From the NCBI GenBank assembly GCA_033442325.1, contig JAWQFM010000002.1, positions 2,382,615 through 2,446,614 of the forward strand: DNA of 64,000 nt. The letters run 5' to 3'. The DNA comes from Salpingoeca rosetta. Lineage: Eukaryota; Protista; Choanoflagellata. The number at the start of each line of letters is the position of its first letter. Position 1 is the first letter of the stretch. Under the pieces are notes generated by a model, which saw only the letters and a list, made by a program, of their open reading frames with translations, was not told the DNA's origin and did not search any database. Positions 33,898-46,528 of the stretch are shown here, piece after piece. A program made the position numbers and the translations under genes.

Positions 33898-34453
33898 CCT
33901 TCTTGTTGCCGCTGCTGTGACATGCCTTGGTGGCCACTGCCGACGATGACATGCGCGCTGCTGCCGTTGCCACTTCGTCTTCGCTGATGACTTCTTCTTC
34001 TTTGGTGGAAGGTGGCGGCGATGGTTGGCTCAACGTCAATGATCCAGACGAGGAAGAGGCGGAGATTGAGCCGCGCGACGGTGACGAGGCGTGCGAGAGC
34101 TTGCGGTTGGTGGACGATGACGATGATGAGGGGCCCGCAGCAGGGTCACGCGGAGAAGATGATGGAGCTGAAGGAGCCAGTGAAGGGGACGAGGACGGGG
34201 ACGGTGATGGTGGCGTGGATGCGCCGTTCTTGAGTGAGTGAGGCGTGGGTCCAATGGCCATCATGGTTGCCTTGCTGGTGGTTGAGGACGCTGACGTGTC
34301 GACGGGTGGCGGGGCGGGTGTTGTGTCGACAGTGGTGGTGGGTGGGGCGCTGGTTGCTGGTGTGGCGGGCTGCTCTAGGGCCACTTGGTCTGAGGTCGTG
34401 GCCTTCTTGGCGGTCTTGCGACCACCTGCTGTCGCGGATGCGGTTCGCGGCAT
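27914..34453 (-). CDS. Large low-complexity (S/T/A/P/K-rich) probable nuclear protein with two tandem small beta-rich repeats, multi-exon
   Basis: Long ORF segments at about 33318-34453, 32983-33044, 31873-32692, 31241-31594 and 27914-30776 are bounded by GT/AG and join approximately in phase. Basic NLS-like tracts are present. The repeats are PPMFPSTWVRLKV...ARPSNL and PPNFPSTWIVVTE...CRSSNV. Confidence 0.7.
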
Positions 34454-35367
34454 GCGCTCTGTCGAGAGGCGTGTGTCGAAAGCCGAGGCCTGTCGACAGG
34501 GGTATGCGTGTATATCGTATGCTCGTGTGCGTAGCTTGCGCGCGCGTGCGTGCGGCGCGTGTTGAAGAGCGGGTTTCCGGTGGCGCGCGCGCGTGTGTCG
34601 GGGCGCGGGCTTGTGTCTATGGGTGCGTGTTTGCGCGCGCATACGTGTTGTGGATGTGTGTGTGTGTGTGTGCGCGCGCGTACGTGTTATGCGTGTGTGC
34701 GTGTGGGTGTGGGTGTGTGTGCGTGTGTGTGTGTGCGTGCGTGCGTGTGTGCGTGTGTGTGTGCGTGCGTGCGTGCGTGCGTGCGTGTGTGCGTGTTTGA
34801 GCAAGGGGTGAGCAGTTTGGCGCGTAAAAGGGTGTACTACAAACAACGCCAGTGATTCTCAAGGATGGAGGCGGATATCAACCAGCACAAACGCATACAA
34901 CAAGCAGAGAGCCACCGAAGGAAAGCAAGTGAAAATGGCGCGCACCGTGGCGGCATTGTGTGCGCGCCAATGCTTACCGAGGGTGGCTAAGAGGATGCCT
35001 GAACGCGGTCGGTGCAACTTGGAGAGTTGTGGTCAGTCACAGGTGTGCGGTGTTTGAGCGTGGGCGTGCGCGTGTGCTTGGGTTCACGCGCAAACGAAGA
35101 AGTTGTGCGTGTTGTGTGTTTTGCGGTGGTCTGTGATGAGCTTGCGTATGTGTGTGGTTGGTGTTTGATGAGGGTGGCAAGGTCGGGGTTGGCGGGCTCG
35201 GTAAGAAGAAAAATCAAGGAAAATGCAACAAGATTTCTCAAATGAGCCGATCATGTCATTCGTGCCAATTCAACAAATGACATCATTCCATAACTCCTTT
35301 GAGCTGCAGCATAAAACAAACCATTTTCGCGTGATGACCACATGTGTGTGTGTGTGTGTGTTTGTCT

Positions 35368-35419
<52 letters not shown>

Positions 35420-35729
35420 GTGTGTGTGTGCGTGTGTGTGTGTATGTGTGTGTGTGTGTATGTGTGTGTGTGTGTGAATTCTCATGTGCGCGCGCGAGTC
35501 ATGTCAACATTGGCACCCCTTCCCTGTCACTTTCCATATCAACCGGTAGGCTGTAATGGAAAAGACAAGCAAGGACAAGAAGCAGGGCAGGGGGGCACGA
35601 GGCACCAGGGCAGTATGGTGTGTTGATATGATGCAACAAAACCACAACACGTTAAGCAAAATACACGTGGACGGGGCGGGGGGACGCACGCACAGGACAG
35701 AAGGACAAACACACAAGGCAGGCATGCGA

Positions 35730-36481
35730 TCAGGCATCTGCGTGCAGGATCTCCTCAGTGAAGCGCTGATAGTTGATACCCTACGTGTGCGTGTGTGTTT
35801 GTGTATGTGTGAGTGAGTTGAGTGCGTGTGTTTGTGTGTGAGTGTGTATGTGTGTGTGCGTGCGAGTTTGAGTGCGTGCGTGTGTGTGAGTGAGTTGAGT
35901 GCGTGTGTGTGTGTGTGTGTGTGTGCGTGTTTGAGTGCGCGTGAGTGAGTTTGAGTGTGTGAGTGAGTTTGAGTGCGTGTGTTTGCGTGCATGTACACTG
36001 TCCATGGAGAGTGAGACCAACACGACGACGACGACCACCACGACCACCACCACGACCACCACCACGACCACCACCATGACCAGCAACAGTAGTGTCGGTG
36101 CAAGAAGCGCATGGTGGAGGAAAGGGGCATGCGCAGCGGCTGACGCAGCTCAAAACTATCGCATGTCACTCACATTGTTGCGTGCATCGCCACCCTCGGC
36201 AAAGTGGCGAGCGAGTGTGCGAATCTCCTGCAGTGTCAGGTCGGCCGTGTGCTGCACAATCACGCCCTCAAACACGTCCAGTGGCAGCACCCCATGCTCC
36301 TAACAAAGCACAGCGCGGAGGCGTGAGAGGGAGAGTGTGAGTGTGTGCGAGAGAGTGTGTGTGCGAGAGAGTGTGTATGTGTGCGTGCATGTGCAAGCGG
36401 CGAGTGGATGTGAACATGCATGCGCCAATGAGGGAAAGCGCACAATCACAGTGGCAGAGTGAAGACGACGGCTACGGTCCT

Positions 36482-36552
<71 letters not shown>

Positions 36553-38052
36553 AGCAAGCAAGGCCTTCGACCAACCACTGAGTCTGCGCCCTGAAGGGCC
36601 GCCTGCACGCTCGGTGCATTGTCGCGAAGTGATTGTCTTGCTTTCGCAGACACAGCGTCCACGTCGCTCTCCGGCATCTAGCAATGGACGGGCGTGGTTG
36701 CGTTTGAGTGTGAGCGAGTGCGTGTGCGTGTGATTGTGTGTGATTGTGTGAGTGTGCGTGCGAGTGTGCGTGCGAGTGTGTGTGATTGTGTGTGCGTGCA
36801 TGTTTTGAATGTGTGGGTGCACAAGCACGTGCATCGATGTACAAGGAAAAGAGACGTGTTGAACGCAGGAAGAAGCAAATAGCACGGCAGAAATGCCGAC
36901 ATCATGGGTCGTTGCCACTGTGTGTCTGTTTGTGCGGCTGGTGGACTGCAATCAAGCACAGCGCCCACATGTTCAAGCACAACACGCGAGGGCATCCATA
37001 CCTTGTTTTGCTCCATGAAGGTAAACGTAAAGTCGGATGCGTCTGTGAGGAGGAACCTACGAAATGGCAAGGACACCGTGAGAACGTGCATGACAAGAAA
37101 CCTCATCTAATCAACAACGTGGCGCGCACGCAAAAAAAAAAAAAAAACGTACACACGCACACACGCAAGCAGCAATGTAAAGCACAAGAGTGCGCTGCAA
37201 ACGAAGCAGTCATTCGCAGGGGGAGCGCGGCAAACACATACCTGTGCTTGTTGGCTTCGATGACAGCACCAAGGCGGAAGTCCTCAACACCGTACGCGCG
37301 AGATGTGCCTGGCACCTTCAGCTGGCAGCGCTCAAGGAACTTGCCTGCACGCGTGTTTGGGGGGGAGGGACGGGGCGACGGGGCGAAAGTCGCTGCTGTC
37401 AGCTATACGTATGCAAGCGTGTCGACGTTCACACACAGAGAGACAGAGAGATAGACACACATACATACACGTAGACACAGACATACGCCGCACATATACA
37501 CAGACACATAGACACACGCCCGCACACATACACAGACACATAGACACACGCCCGCACACATACACAGACACGCATGCATGCACAGACACCCTTACCTCCG
37601 GCGATGCCCGAGTTGCGCTTGCGGCTCTCGAAGATGGCGAGGGTGTCGTCGGCGAGGTAGAATGTGATGGCAAACTCACGGTCCATATCCACGGGGTTGT
37701 CCGTGTCCATGCGCGCCTTAAACTGCAGCGAGCGCGACCCTTCCTGACAAGTGGAACAGGAGGATGATGGGGGTTGCGGATGGGGGAATGTGAATAACAC
37801 ATGCATGTGAATGTGTGTTTGGGTGATTGAGGGACGGCGCAGGAAGAATCCCGGAAGCGTGGTCAATGGTGGACTGAAATGCAGGACACACGTGCACCCA
37901 CGCACCCACCCACACGCACACACACACACACACGCACACACACGCACACACACACACACACACACGCACCCCCCGGCACACACACCCACACACACACGCA
38001 CGCACGCACGCACACACGCACCCACCGGCACACACACACACACACCCACACA

Positions 38053-38095
<43 letters not shown>

Positions 38096-38104
38096 CCACA
38101 CCCA

Positions 38105-38196
<92 letters not shown>

Positions 38197-40339
38197 TGCT
38201 CGCACCTCGAACCACTTCTTGAACTGGCGCTTTGGGGGCTTGAGGATGAGGTGGTTGACGCTGACGAGCGAGTCCTCCTCCGTGCCAAAGCCCGTGTGCG
38301 GCGGTGTTGGCATGCGCGGGATCTCATCCTCCGGCTGAAACGCATTGGACCAGCACAGGCGCGCAAGCGTGAGGGACTCGTGTAAACGTGCAACATTTTG
38401 TTCATTTGTGCGGTTGTGCAATGGCTTGTGTAAGGGCTTCGGCAACCACTACTACGACTACTACCACCACCACCGTCACTGCTACTACCCAGCACCACCG
38501 CCAGCACCGCTACTACCATGCATGACTACCTCTTCGACGTGGATGGGCTCAAAGTGGTCCATGCCATACTTCTCCTTGTAGTATGCCTTTGTAAAATCGT
38601 CGCAGTCGCACAGCAGGACCGTGCGGCCATACACGTTGATCTCAGCACCAATCTCAAGGTCCTTGTCTGTGTAGTGTGCTGACTCGCCACTGCCCGTGTG
38701 CAGGCTGTCGAGAATGTGTCGGCCTTGCAGCCCTGATGTGTGTGAAGTGTGTGGGGAGCGTTGGGGGGTGGTGGTGGTGGTGGTGGTGAACAAACGATGG
38801 GTGTGAGCGAGAAATGCAGTGTGTGGATGGTTGTATAGCGACAGGGACAGGTGGGAATGTTCGGCAGAGCAAAGTAAGTGCCTCATGCACACACCTGACG
38901 GGGCAAAGACGTTGAGGAGGGTTCTGCTGGTGACGGCGCCCGGCACCTTGGTTTGGCCGTGGTGGTCCTGGCGGGCAAATCAAGCAGAAGCATCGGTGAG
39001 GATATAACAAAATAAAAGGTGTATGTGTGTGTGTATGTGTGTGTATGTGTGTGTGTGGAGAGTAGCATGAGGTTCCAAGGTTGAGTGTTGCAGGTGAAGA
39101 GCAACAAAATCAAGCAACACACACACACACACACACACAAAACACAAAACACACGCACACACGCACACACACACACACACAAAACACAAAACACAAATAA
39201 ACACATAAACCCTCACAAACACAGAACACACATGAAACACACGCACACAAAAACGAACATATACAAACACATAACCCCTCACAAACGCATAAACACGCAC
39301 CTTTGGCAGCTTCTGGCGCCGCAGGAAGACCCCTGGTCCATCGCGGCCGCTGTTTGGCTGCTGCACCTCACGGATCTCAAGTGTGTCGTCCGCAAGGAAG
39401 TAGTGCAACACAAGATACCGCTTCTCCCCAAACTCGCTGGACACCCGCAGCCACGGTTGGAGTTGCATGTGTATGTGGAGAAAGGGGGGGGGGGGGAAGG
39501 GAGGGGGAAGGGAGGGGGAATTGGGGTTGGAGTGGAGATTGGATGAGGGTGGACGACTAAAGGTGTGGAGAAGAGGATGCTGCTCAGGTCTGGCGGAATT
39601 AATTCCACGTGCACCAGAACACACAAAAAACACAAAACACAAACAAACAAACAAAAACACACAGACACACAGATACACACACGCACATACCTGTCAGAGT
39701 CGTCCCAGAGGCAGTAGAAGCGGAGGACCTTGCGGTCGTTTTCGAGAAACTGCTTGAGCTTGTCCTGGCGCTCGTATGGGCGAAGCGGCACCTGCGTCGC
39801 CTTGGCGTTCTACAAAAGTACGTGTACGCATGTGTATGTGTGTGTGCATGTGTGGTTTTAAAGTGGAGATGAGAAGCGGGAGCGTGAGGGTGAACATGAG
39901 GAGCGGTGGGAATGAGACCGGCTAAGACTGCACCAAAACACATGTCACAGCCACACAGCTGTTGAACACGGGAATGCACACATACACACAACACACACAC
40001 ACAACATGCAGACGTGCACACATCAACAGCACGCACCTCGCGGAGGGTTGAGTATGGGTCTGTTGGCGGCTGGAGTGGCTGGCCGACGCTGACGCCGAGC
40101 TTGGTGAGGAAGTCACGCGTGAATTTGTCGCAGTCGTAGATCAGGAACGTGCGCCCGTAGATGGTAATCTGCACGCGCACAGGGGAGGGGGAACAAGGCA
40201 ATGAGTCCCTGAACAGGCACACAACACAACACAGCACACAACACAACACCATACACACACGTGCACAACCCATATTTGCGCGTGCACTCGCATGAACACA
40301 CGTACGCGTGCACAGACGCACAGACACAGACACACGTGC

Positions 40340-40390
<51 letters not shown>

Positions 40391-40841
40391 CACACACACA
40401 CACACAAAGCAACGCAGTACAGCACAGCACAACGCAGCGGAACGCAGGACAACACAGCGCAGCAGTGTGCCCGCACCTCCTTGCCGACGTTGAAGTCCTC
40501 CACCTCGTAAAACTCGTCATCGCGCGGCGCAGGCTTGGGCACGCGGTGTCGTCGCAGCAGCTTGCCTGGCATGGTGGCGTCGGCAGCAGCAGCAGCAAAT
40601 ACGCACGGAATTGTGTGTCGGGTGAGTGATTAATGGGGAGGATAGGGTGCATTGCTGGTGCAGTAAACGCAGCAATGATAACACCATGCAGATACAGACC
40701 CAGGCAGCACCCAAACACAGCAAAGGTACACAGACACAGATACATGGGCACAGACACACAAACCCACACAACACACACAACAGCCACGCACACACACAGC
40801 CACACACACACACACAACACGCACACACACACACACAACAG

Positions 40842-40898
<57 letters not shown>

Positions 40899-41867
40899 AA
40901 CAAACAAACAAGCAACAGACGCACAGACACACACACAGACACAGACACACACAGCAGCAACAGCAACAGCTCACGCGCAACCGACCTTGCGGGAGACCGC
41001 TGTCTGCCTTTGGAGGCTCAATGACCTCCAGAGTGTCGTCCTCGGGAAAGAAGAAGATCTTGCACTTGCGAACGCGAAAGTGCTCCTCGCGCCGCTCGTG
41101 CACCGCCTCCTGAAAGTACGCGTCAAACGACAGCGTCTGCGCGTGTAGTGTGTGTGTGTGTGTTCGTGTGTGTGTGTGATGTTGTGTGTGTGTGTGATGT
41201 TGTGTGTGCAAGAAAGAAAGGGTGGAGACAGGTAAGGGGGGGATGGACGCATGCTTGGATCGAATGTACATCAAGGCGAATGCATGCGGACACGCTTGCG
41301 TCCAAACGGATGCACCTGTCGGTCAAAGACGAGCCATGCTGGCTGCTTGGCAACGGTGGGATCACTGCGCAGAGTGGAGCTGGGGACGCGCTTTGCTTTG
41401 TCTGCAGAGGGTTGCATAATTTGGGGGGAGGGGACGGATTTGGAGTTAGGTAACGTTGAAGGCTTGCAGTGCCTTGATCTGTGAGTACGTGCACACAAAC
41501 TCAAAAAAACAAAAACAACAAAGGGCAAAGCACAGCAACCGCCCACTGCACAAGCAGAAGCATGTAAGCAAGCACGCAAGCAAGCACACACCTGAATCTG
41601 AGAGGACGACGGGAACGCCGTTTGCGAACGTCAGCTGTTGCTTGCGGGGCTTTGGCGCCTGGTCAGTCTGATGGCACAAAGGAGCAAGGGCCATAGAGCA
41701 CCAAGCGTGAGCACATGTCACCGTGTCACCTGGACAACATTGAGCAGTCGTCTCCCACTTTGCACACGACACACATACACACGAACACACACGACCACAT
41801 GCTGCGTCTCTCTCACATTGAAGGAGTTGCCAGGGAGCGGTGGCAGCGTCGATTGGCGGAAAGCCAT
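35730..41867 (-). CDS. EFHC2: EF-hand domain-containing family member C2 (Rib72-type DM10 axonemal microtubule inner protein)
   Basis: [26 protein letters not shown]|[12 protein letters not shown]...[95 protein letters not shown]...[12 protein letters not shown] (three DM10 domains). The end is EF-like: [16 protein letters not shown]-stop. Confidence 0.92.
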
Positions 41868-41888
41868 GGCGGCTGTCAAGCTGTGTGA

Positions 41889-41943
<55 letters not shown>

Positions 41944-44096
41944 GTGTGTGCGTGAGTGTGTGTGTGTGTGTGCGTGAGTGAGTGAGTGCGAGTGTCTGCG
42001 TATGTATGTGTGTATGTGTATGTGTGTATGTGTATGTGTGTGTGTGTATGTGTGTGTGTGTGTGTGTGAGTGTGTGTGAGTGAGTGTGAGTGTGAGTGTG
42101 GCACAGGAGGCAAGAAGAGTTCTTCTCGACTCGACGTTGACTACAGCTACATCGTCGCCTGCATCGCCGCCACAACAACACTCCCTCATCACATCACCGC
42201 CGCCTCCTCACCCTTTTTTCGGTCGCGGTTTGTTGGGTTTTCCTTCGCAACGGCAAATTGTGATGTCTGTTACGGGTGTGGGATAATTGCTGAGTGTTTT
42301 GCAACATGAATCAACACAGTGTATTTCCATGAAAACTTCAACAAACAATCGTACCCACCCATATTAGGGCATGGAATCATTATCAAAATAAAAGAAAAAT
42401 GACCACGCAAATGTAAAACATGTTTGAACATGACATGATCCTAATGCTTTTCTTGCTGCTGCTGTCTGTGGGCCTCTTCTGACTTCGCTTCTTCGCTTAG
42501 CGTGCAAGCACGTGATGTGGCGACGAGGGCAAAGACCAGAAGCAAGAACAAACACATTAAGGCAGAGCACCGAAGTGGCCGGATTGGCCAAAGGTGGTTG
42601 GCGTGGGGTTGGGTGGGACAGACCGTGGCCCACCGGTTTACGCCGGAGTGCCCCGCACTGTGGTGGCGAAGGAGCTAATTCTGTGATGTTTTGCTTCAAA
42701 ACTCCATGATCACTTCCTTGCACTTCCACACGATCGAAGTCGACCGTTTGACCCATGGGGGTGTGGCGTGGCTGGGCAACGGCGCGGGTCGAAAGGTGTT
42801 GCGTGGCGGGGCGGTTGCCGTGATGTAGCGTGCTGTGCTGTAGCGTGCTGTGGTGTGCTCAGTGGGGGTTGGTGTCGAATACCGGTGCATGCACGCAACA
42901 ACTTGTCCAGTAGCGCGCCACAGGGAAGTGCCAAGGGGCGTGTGTAGTGTTTTGTGTGGGGAGAACATCGGGACAAAACGACACGCTGCTGCGAGGCTAA
43001 ACACACGCCCTGCATTGCGCGTGGGCCAATGTGCAGGCCATGAGGCGTGGATGACGCCACGCGACGACAACTTGCTCGCACACCCACGAAACATCCGCAC
43101 AACCTTGTGCTTGACATGCAGGGCGCGGTTTCGGTTAAGCGCACTTCCCTTGCACATCCAAACATAAAGCCAAGCTGCACACTGACCAGGGACACTTAGG
43201 CTGTGTGTTTTGCTTTACGCAACGCGCCAAACAAAGAGGCAACACCACACGCAACAAACACACACACTTGTGCACACATGCACACGCGCGCACACGCACA
43301 CACACACAACAACAAAAAAAACTAAAACGGCTTGATGTTCGTTGGAGGGGGCAGGGGATTCGTTTGGTTGGTTGTGGCCCACTCGTTGTCCAAGCCAAGC
43401 CGCCAGCAGTTTGGTGCTCTTCCACAAACTCACGCACACGCACACACAGCACACAGCACACGGCGCGCCAAGCGCAGAAAGCAAAGCAAAAAAAAAAACC
43501 AAGCCAAGCCACAACAGCCAAGCACACGCACACGCACACGCACAGATACAAGCGCCAAGCGCCACCAGCCACCACGCCATTACACGACAGCATTGCCGTC
43601 ATCTCGTTCTATTGTTCTATTGTCGCGGCTCCACTTCCTTGTGAGTTTTGCCAGTGGTGTCAGGTGTTTGTTCATTTTCTACACCTCTGCACTTCCCTCC
43701 GCTGCACACCTTACGGCAACCGCTCATCAGCGACCCAGAGCGCCATTGACTGAGCGCGCCCGCTTGACGAAAGAACAAACGCAGAAGCAAACAAAACACC
43801 GCGCCACACCAGCAGCCAAGTTGTCTCCATTCGTGCCACCCCCGTCTCTGTTTCACTCATTTTCTCAACCTCCACTTTCTCCACCAACAGCATCGAGTGC
43901 GCGAGTTTCTCCTTTGCTGGATCATCTCTTGATACCTCCTCCACCACCATCCATTACAGCACCTCCAAGCAGATAACACAACACCAAGACAAAAAGAGCC
44001 GCAACAGCCACCAGCAGCAGCAGCACCAGCTTTGCTTCCGCTGAAACACGCAGTGTCAACCCGAGTTGCCCCTGCTCAGCAGCACAACATCTCAAG

Positions 44097-44187
44097 ATGC
44101 AGCTCAACATGAACATGTTGCTCCTCCAGCTCGCCCTTGTGTGCGCGCTCTTTGCCTCTGCCACGGTAAGCTTTGTTGGTTGTTGTG

Positions 44188-44229
<42 letters not shown>

Positions 44230-46528
44230 GGTTGCCTGCAGGCATGTTGTTGTTGTTGTTGTTGTTGTTGTTGCCTGCAGGCATGTTGTTGTGCGCCTTC
44301 TCCCTCCCTCCTCCCCCCCCCCCTCTCTCCTCTGCTTGTTGTCTCCTTGTGTTCTTTTTCTCCGCTTGCTTTCTCCCCCCCCCCCACACGCTATCCCAAC
44401 CCGGCTGCAGTGCCACCGTCGATTTCCGAGCTAGTCGGGGTTTACTTGGTTCCTTTTGCCGCCGGTCCCTTCTTGTGTCTCTTCTCTCCTGGCTTGTCTC
44501 TCCTTGCCCCCCCCACTCTTTTCCCAGCTCTCTCTCGGTCTCTCTATCTCTCTTCTCTCTCTCTCTCTCCATACCTGGTTCCGTCGCTTGTTTTCCCTCC
44601 TTCCTCGCAGCATTCGTGCTGTTTTCCCATGAGCAACAACAACAACACACAAGGGGGCTGCACTCGCACACACCCACCCATGCATACATGGTGGCGCGTG
44701 TTTTGTCATGGGTGTTGCGTTGCATGCACCATTGCTCGCGCCTCTTTGTGTGTGTGTGTGTGTGTGTGCTTTGCCGTGCATATGCATGCACTCCCATATG
44801 TGTGTGGAAGTGCAATGTGTTGCTCGTGTTTGGTCACTGTTTTGGTCTCTCTTCCATGGTTGCCGGCAGTTGTTTGCAGTTTGTTTGCAGTTGTTTAGCC
44901 GTCTCCCCTCCTCTTTGCTTGGCTACAAGCAATGACCTTTGCTCTCTACTCCTGTCTCCCTCTCCCTTTCTTTTTCCTTTAGTTCACCACCTGACACACA
45001 CGCACACATGCACATGTGGTTCTGCGCAACACGTCGTCACTCACCCACCAACTGTATCCTGCCTTCTTCTTCCTCCTTGCTTTCCCTCCCACCGCCATCA
45101 CCACAGAAGGCAGACAATTGCTATGGCCTTGACGTGTACGCGTGCTCTGCAAACGACGCGTGCACGCTGGACCTGGACGCCAACGACCGCCTGTACTGTC
45201 GCGCCTTCTCCTGCCGCGCCCTCCACGCCGACTGCGAGATTGACACCCACGGCTGCTACTTCAACACCGTGACTGGCGTCTGCTACCCGCTCGACACGGA
45301 GCCCGCATGCGCCGACTACTTCAGCGAGACCACCTGCCCAACAGACCGCTGCTCCTTCCTCTCCGAGCTCAACCTCTGCTACGAGGGCGCCTCGGTTGAG
45401 GCCATCCCTTGCGACGTCACCCACACGCAGATTGGCTGCGGCTACCTCCCCCACTGCGAGTTCCACTACATGTGGGACAACAGCTGGGGCGTGTGCACGC
45501 CACAGTTCCAGGACCCGCCCTGCTACCTCTACGAGCCCGTGCCCGGCCAGTGCCCCGACGACCGCTGCCTCATCGTCCCCACCCTCGAGATTGGCGTCTT
45601 CGCCTGTGCTCCCCTCCCCACCACCACAACCACCGTCCCCAACGAGAGCGGCAGCGGCAGCGGCAGCGGCAGTGGCAGTGGTGACACCACCACCAGCGGT
45701 ACCCTCAGCGTGCTCCCTCTGTCCACCTTCTACTCAACCCCAGCCCCTACCACGACGAGTGGCACCCTCAGCGTGCTCCCTCTGTCCACCTTCTACTCAA
45801 CCCCCGCGCCCACCACGACGAGTGGCACCCTCAGCGTCCTCCCGCTCTCCACCTTCTACTCCACCCCCGCGCCCACCACGACGAGTGGCACCCTCAGCGT
45901 CCTCCCGCTCTCCACCTTCTACTCCACCCCAGCTCCTACCACGACGAGTGGCACCCTCAGCATCCTCCCGCTCTCCACCTTCTACTCCACCCCCGCGCCC
46001 ACCACGACGAGTGGCACCCTCAGCGTCCTCCCGCTCTCCACCTTCTACTCCACCCCCGCGCCCACCACCACAAGCGGCACTCTCCTTGTTTTCCCTCTGT
46101 CCACCTTCTACTCCACCCCGGCTCCGTCTGCGGACAAGGCCAGCAGCACGTTCTCCACCACAACCGTGGTTGTCTTTGCCGTTGGTGTTGTTATTGCTGC
46201 CGCCATCATTGCCGTCGCCATCGTCCGTGTCAAGTAAGTTGCATGTCGATGTCCCTCACCTTGTTGCTGCCGTTTGCTTGTTTGCTTGTTTGCTTGTTGC
46301 ATCGACTGCACCTCTTGGATCTCAACACCCGCTCACCATTGTTGTGTGTCCTCCCACCCCACTCCACTCCACACGTGTAGGTCTCGGCCAAAGGTCCGTG
46401 TTGCCCACGACCTGAGCGCCGTGATTGCAATGGACGACCACGCCAAGGGCCGCGCTGCGCCTGCCTCGCTGAAGAAGGCCGCACACGGTGGCGTCGTCAT
46501 CCCCGTGGCCCCCGCCATCGACGTCTAA
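44097..46528 (+). CDS. Type I membrane glycoprotein: signal peptide, five 4-Cys modules, (SG)6, seven 21-aa Thr/Ser/Pro repeats, TM helix, short tail
   Basis: Exons 44097-44165, 45107-46233 and 46381-46528 join in phase with canonical GTAAG/AG sites. Signal peptide MLLLQLALVCALFASAT; TM VVVFAVGVVIAAAIIAVAIV followed by RVK; the tail ends APAIDV-stop. Confidence 0.88.
45686..46126 (+). repeat. Coding tandem repeat, 7 x 63 bp (TTTSGTLSVLPLSTFYSTPAP)
   Basis: Seven near-identical peptide copies with synonymous codon variation. Confidence 0.95.

Noticed and set aside
42237-42306. RFX X-box upstream of ciliary gene EFHC2 (GTTGCGAAGGAAAAC and a second GTTGC)
   Set aside because: Only imperfect or half-site matches, which are not distinguishable from chance without a PWM scan.
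45686-46126. CRISPR-like regular array
   Set aside because: The units are contiguous in-frame coding repeats with no unique spacers, and the context is eukaryotic.
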